The notes under the pieces are model-generated. The model was given only the letters and a program-made list of their open reading frames with translations. It was not told the DNA's origin and made no database searches. From assembly GCA_012839585.1 (NCBI GenBank), contig DUNB01000082.1, forward strand, positions 21,445 to 85,444: a DNA stretch of 64,000 nucleotides, in the 5' to 3' direction. The translations under genes were made by a program, and so were the position numbers. Position 1 is the first letter of the stretch; every line of letters begins with the position of its first letter. Source of the DNA: Alcaligenaceae bacterium (GTDB lineage: Bacteria > Pseudomonadota > Gammaproteobacteria > Burkholderiales > Burkholderiaceae_B). Positions 62,586-64,000 of the stretch are shown here, piece after piece.

Positions 62586-64000
62586 TTAGTGACTGCTTTT
62601 GGCATTTGCCTCTAAAACCGTCAAGGCCGTCATATTAATGATGCGGCGTACAGAAGAAGTCGCCGTCAAAATGCTAATGGGAGCATTGGCACCTAACAAG
62701 AAGGGCCCAATTGCCACCTTACCACCGCCATCTGTTTTAAGTAGGTTGTACGCGATGTTGGCGGAGTCAGCGTTGGGGCAAACCAACAAGTTGGCCGAAC
62801 CGGTCAAAGTGGTGCTGGGTAGGATGCTTTTGCGCATGGCCTCATCCAACGCACAGTCACCGTGCATCTCGCCGTCTACCTCTAGATCAGGTGCTTGTTC
62901 ACGGATTAAGGCTAATGCAGCACGCATCTTAGCACTAGATGGGGTGCTCTCAGCACCAAAGTTAGAGCGTGACAACAAGGCCGCTTTAGGCTCTAGGCTT
63001 AGTTCTTTCATGCGCTGTGCTGAGGCGATGGTCATCTCGGCGATTTGTTCTGCCGTTGGGTCATCGTTGACGTGGGTGTCAGTAATCGCAACGGTGCGCT
63101 CGCCCAACACCAGAATGTTCATTGCCCCGTAGGTTTTAGCACCAGGCGCCTTACCAATAATTTCATCAATGTAACGCAAGTGGTTTTCATAGGTGCCCAC
63201 TGTGCCACAAATCATGCCATCGGCTTCGCCTAAGCGCAGCATCATGGCACCAATTAAGGTAAAGCGACGACGCATTTCCACGCGCGCCATTTCACGGGTC
63301 ACCCCATCACGACAGCGTAGATCCCAGTATTCTTTCCAGTAACGGTCAAAGCGATCATCTTGCTCTGGGTTGGTGATTTCCACATCAACGCCAATACGAA
63401 TGCGTAAACCGTAACGTTGGATACGCTTTTCGATCACGGCGGGACGCCCCACCAAAATCGGCATGGCTAGTTTGTCATCAACCACAACCTGTACGGCACG
63501 TAGCACACGTTCGTCCTCGCCCTCGGCAAAGACAATGCGCGCCTTACCACCGTCACGAACCAAGCCCTTGGCAATGCCATAGATGGGCTTCATAAAGGCA
63601 CCAGAACGATGCATAAACTGCTGTAGCTGATAAATATAGCTACTGAAGTCCTTAATAGGGCGCGTCGCTACCCCCTCATCCATCCCGGCCTGAGCCACTG
63701 CCGGCGCAATGCGAGAAATCAAACGTGAATCAAAAGGTTTAGGGATAAAGTAGTTAGGACCAAACTCGACATCCTCTAGGCCATACGCTGCAGCAACGAT
63801 TTCGTCTTGCTCCTCGCGAGCCAATTGGCAGATCGCGTGCACAGCCGCCTTTTCCATGCCACGCGTGATGGTGGTTGCACCAATATCTAAGGCGCCTCGG
63901 AAAATATAAGGGAAGCAAAGCACGTTGTTTACCTGGTTCGGATAATCCGAGCGGCCTGTGGCCATCACCACATCATCGCGTACTGCATGTGCGACCTCTG
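62586..64000 (-). CDS. maeB: NADP-dependent malic enzyme, C-terminal part (end of the malic NAD-binding domain plus the PTA-like domain); 5' end lies beyond the window
   Basis: The frame stays open to the window end. ATGRSDYPNQVNNVLCFPYIFRGALD is the end of the malic-enzyme domain. A phosphate-acetyltransferase-like domain of about 330 aa follows (IVFAEGEDERVLRA...). Confidence 0.88.
   Translation of the reverse strand, partial: EVAHAVRDDVVMATGRSDYPNQVNNVLCFPYIFRGALDIGATTITRGMEKAAVHAICQLAREEQDEIVAAAYGLEDVEFGPNYFIPKPFDSRLISRIAPAVAQAGMDEGVATRPIKDFSSYIYQLQQFMHRSGAFMKPIYGIAKGLVRDGGKARIVFAEGEDERVLRAVQVVVDDKLAMPILVGRPAVIEKRIQRYGLRIRIGVDVEITNPEQDDRFDRYWKEYWDLRCRDGVTREMARVEMRRRFTLIGAMMLRLGEADGMICGTVGTYENHLRYIDEIIGKAPGAKTYGAMNILVLGERTVAITDTHVNDDPTAEQIAEMTIASAQRMKELSLEPKAALLSRSNFGAESTPSSAKMRAALALIREQAPDLEVDGEMHGDCALDEAMRKSILPSTTLTGSANLLVCPNADSANIAYNLLKTDGGGKVAIGPFLLGANAPISILTATSSVRRIINMTALTVLEANAKSSH

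Noticed and set aside
62599-63132. 177-aa plus-strand ORF inside maeB
   Set aside because: It is antisense to a clearly homologous PTA-like domain. The product is Ala/Ser/Arg-rich and low in complexity, typical of spurious mirror-frame ORFs.
1-64000. Search for mobile elements, prophage, defence islands, tRNA or rRNA genes
   Set aside because: No transposase, integrase, phage, restriction, Cas or toxin-like ORF was found. No tRNA- or rRNA-like sequence was recognised in the few intergenic gaps. The only non-coding RNA I could support is rnpB.

Overview
This window looks like a chromosomal core region of a betaproteobacterium, judged from its Burkholderiales-type gene order (inference; no search was possible). 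It is densely coding and almost every long ORF has a recognisable housekeeping identity.

Layout, left to right:
- A truncated GH31-like gene, then mnmC, suhB, an M20 amidohydrolase, a YciA-like thioesterase and mgtE.
- A minus-strand operon: GltS-family transporter, amidohydrolase_3, COG0523 GTPase.
- An ALDH7-type dehydrogenase divergent from an FAD oxidoreductase plus livKHMGF, followed by an XRE-cupin regulator and an ornithine-cyclodeaminase-family gene.
- secA, an M23 peptidase, a DUF721/DciA-like gene and lpxC.
- A complete minus-strand dcw cluster: mraZ-rsmH-ftsL-ftsI-murE/F-mraY-murD-ftsW-murG-murC-ddl-ftsQAZ. It is tightly coupled by 1-11 nt overlaps.
- An RNase P RNA gene (not visible in the ORF track), then uup and pyrC.
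- A decayed M20 pseudogene, a SWIB-domain gene, an alpha/beta hydrolase and a Sua5-type tsaC.
- purK-purE-purC, fba, mog, an SDR, a MATE pump and pgk-gap-tkt.
- rsmE, a barstar-like gene and the 3' part of maeB.

I saw no transposase, integrase, phage gene, CRISPR array, tRNA or rRNA, and nothing I can defend as a new multi-gene system.

The observations most worth a second look are:
- a single-ORF MurE-MurF fusion;
- an orphan barstar-family gene;
- a SWIB/MDM2-domain protein with a histone-like tail;
- a relic M20 amidohydrolase gene;
- a phased 51-bp tandem repeat array ending in a long-loop inverted repeat downstream of secA;
- a transporter-amidohydrolase-metallochaperone operon;
- a palindrome-rich divergent control region.

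Coordinates of non-ORF features were counted by hand and may be off by a few nt. Many ORF-track starts are non-ATG upstream extensions, and I trimmed them where alignment to well-known orthologues or gene overlaps supported it.
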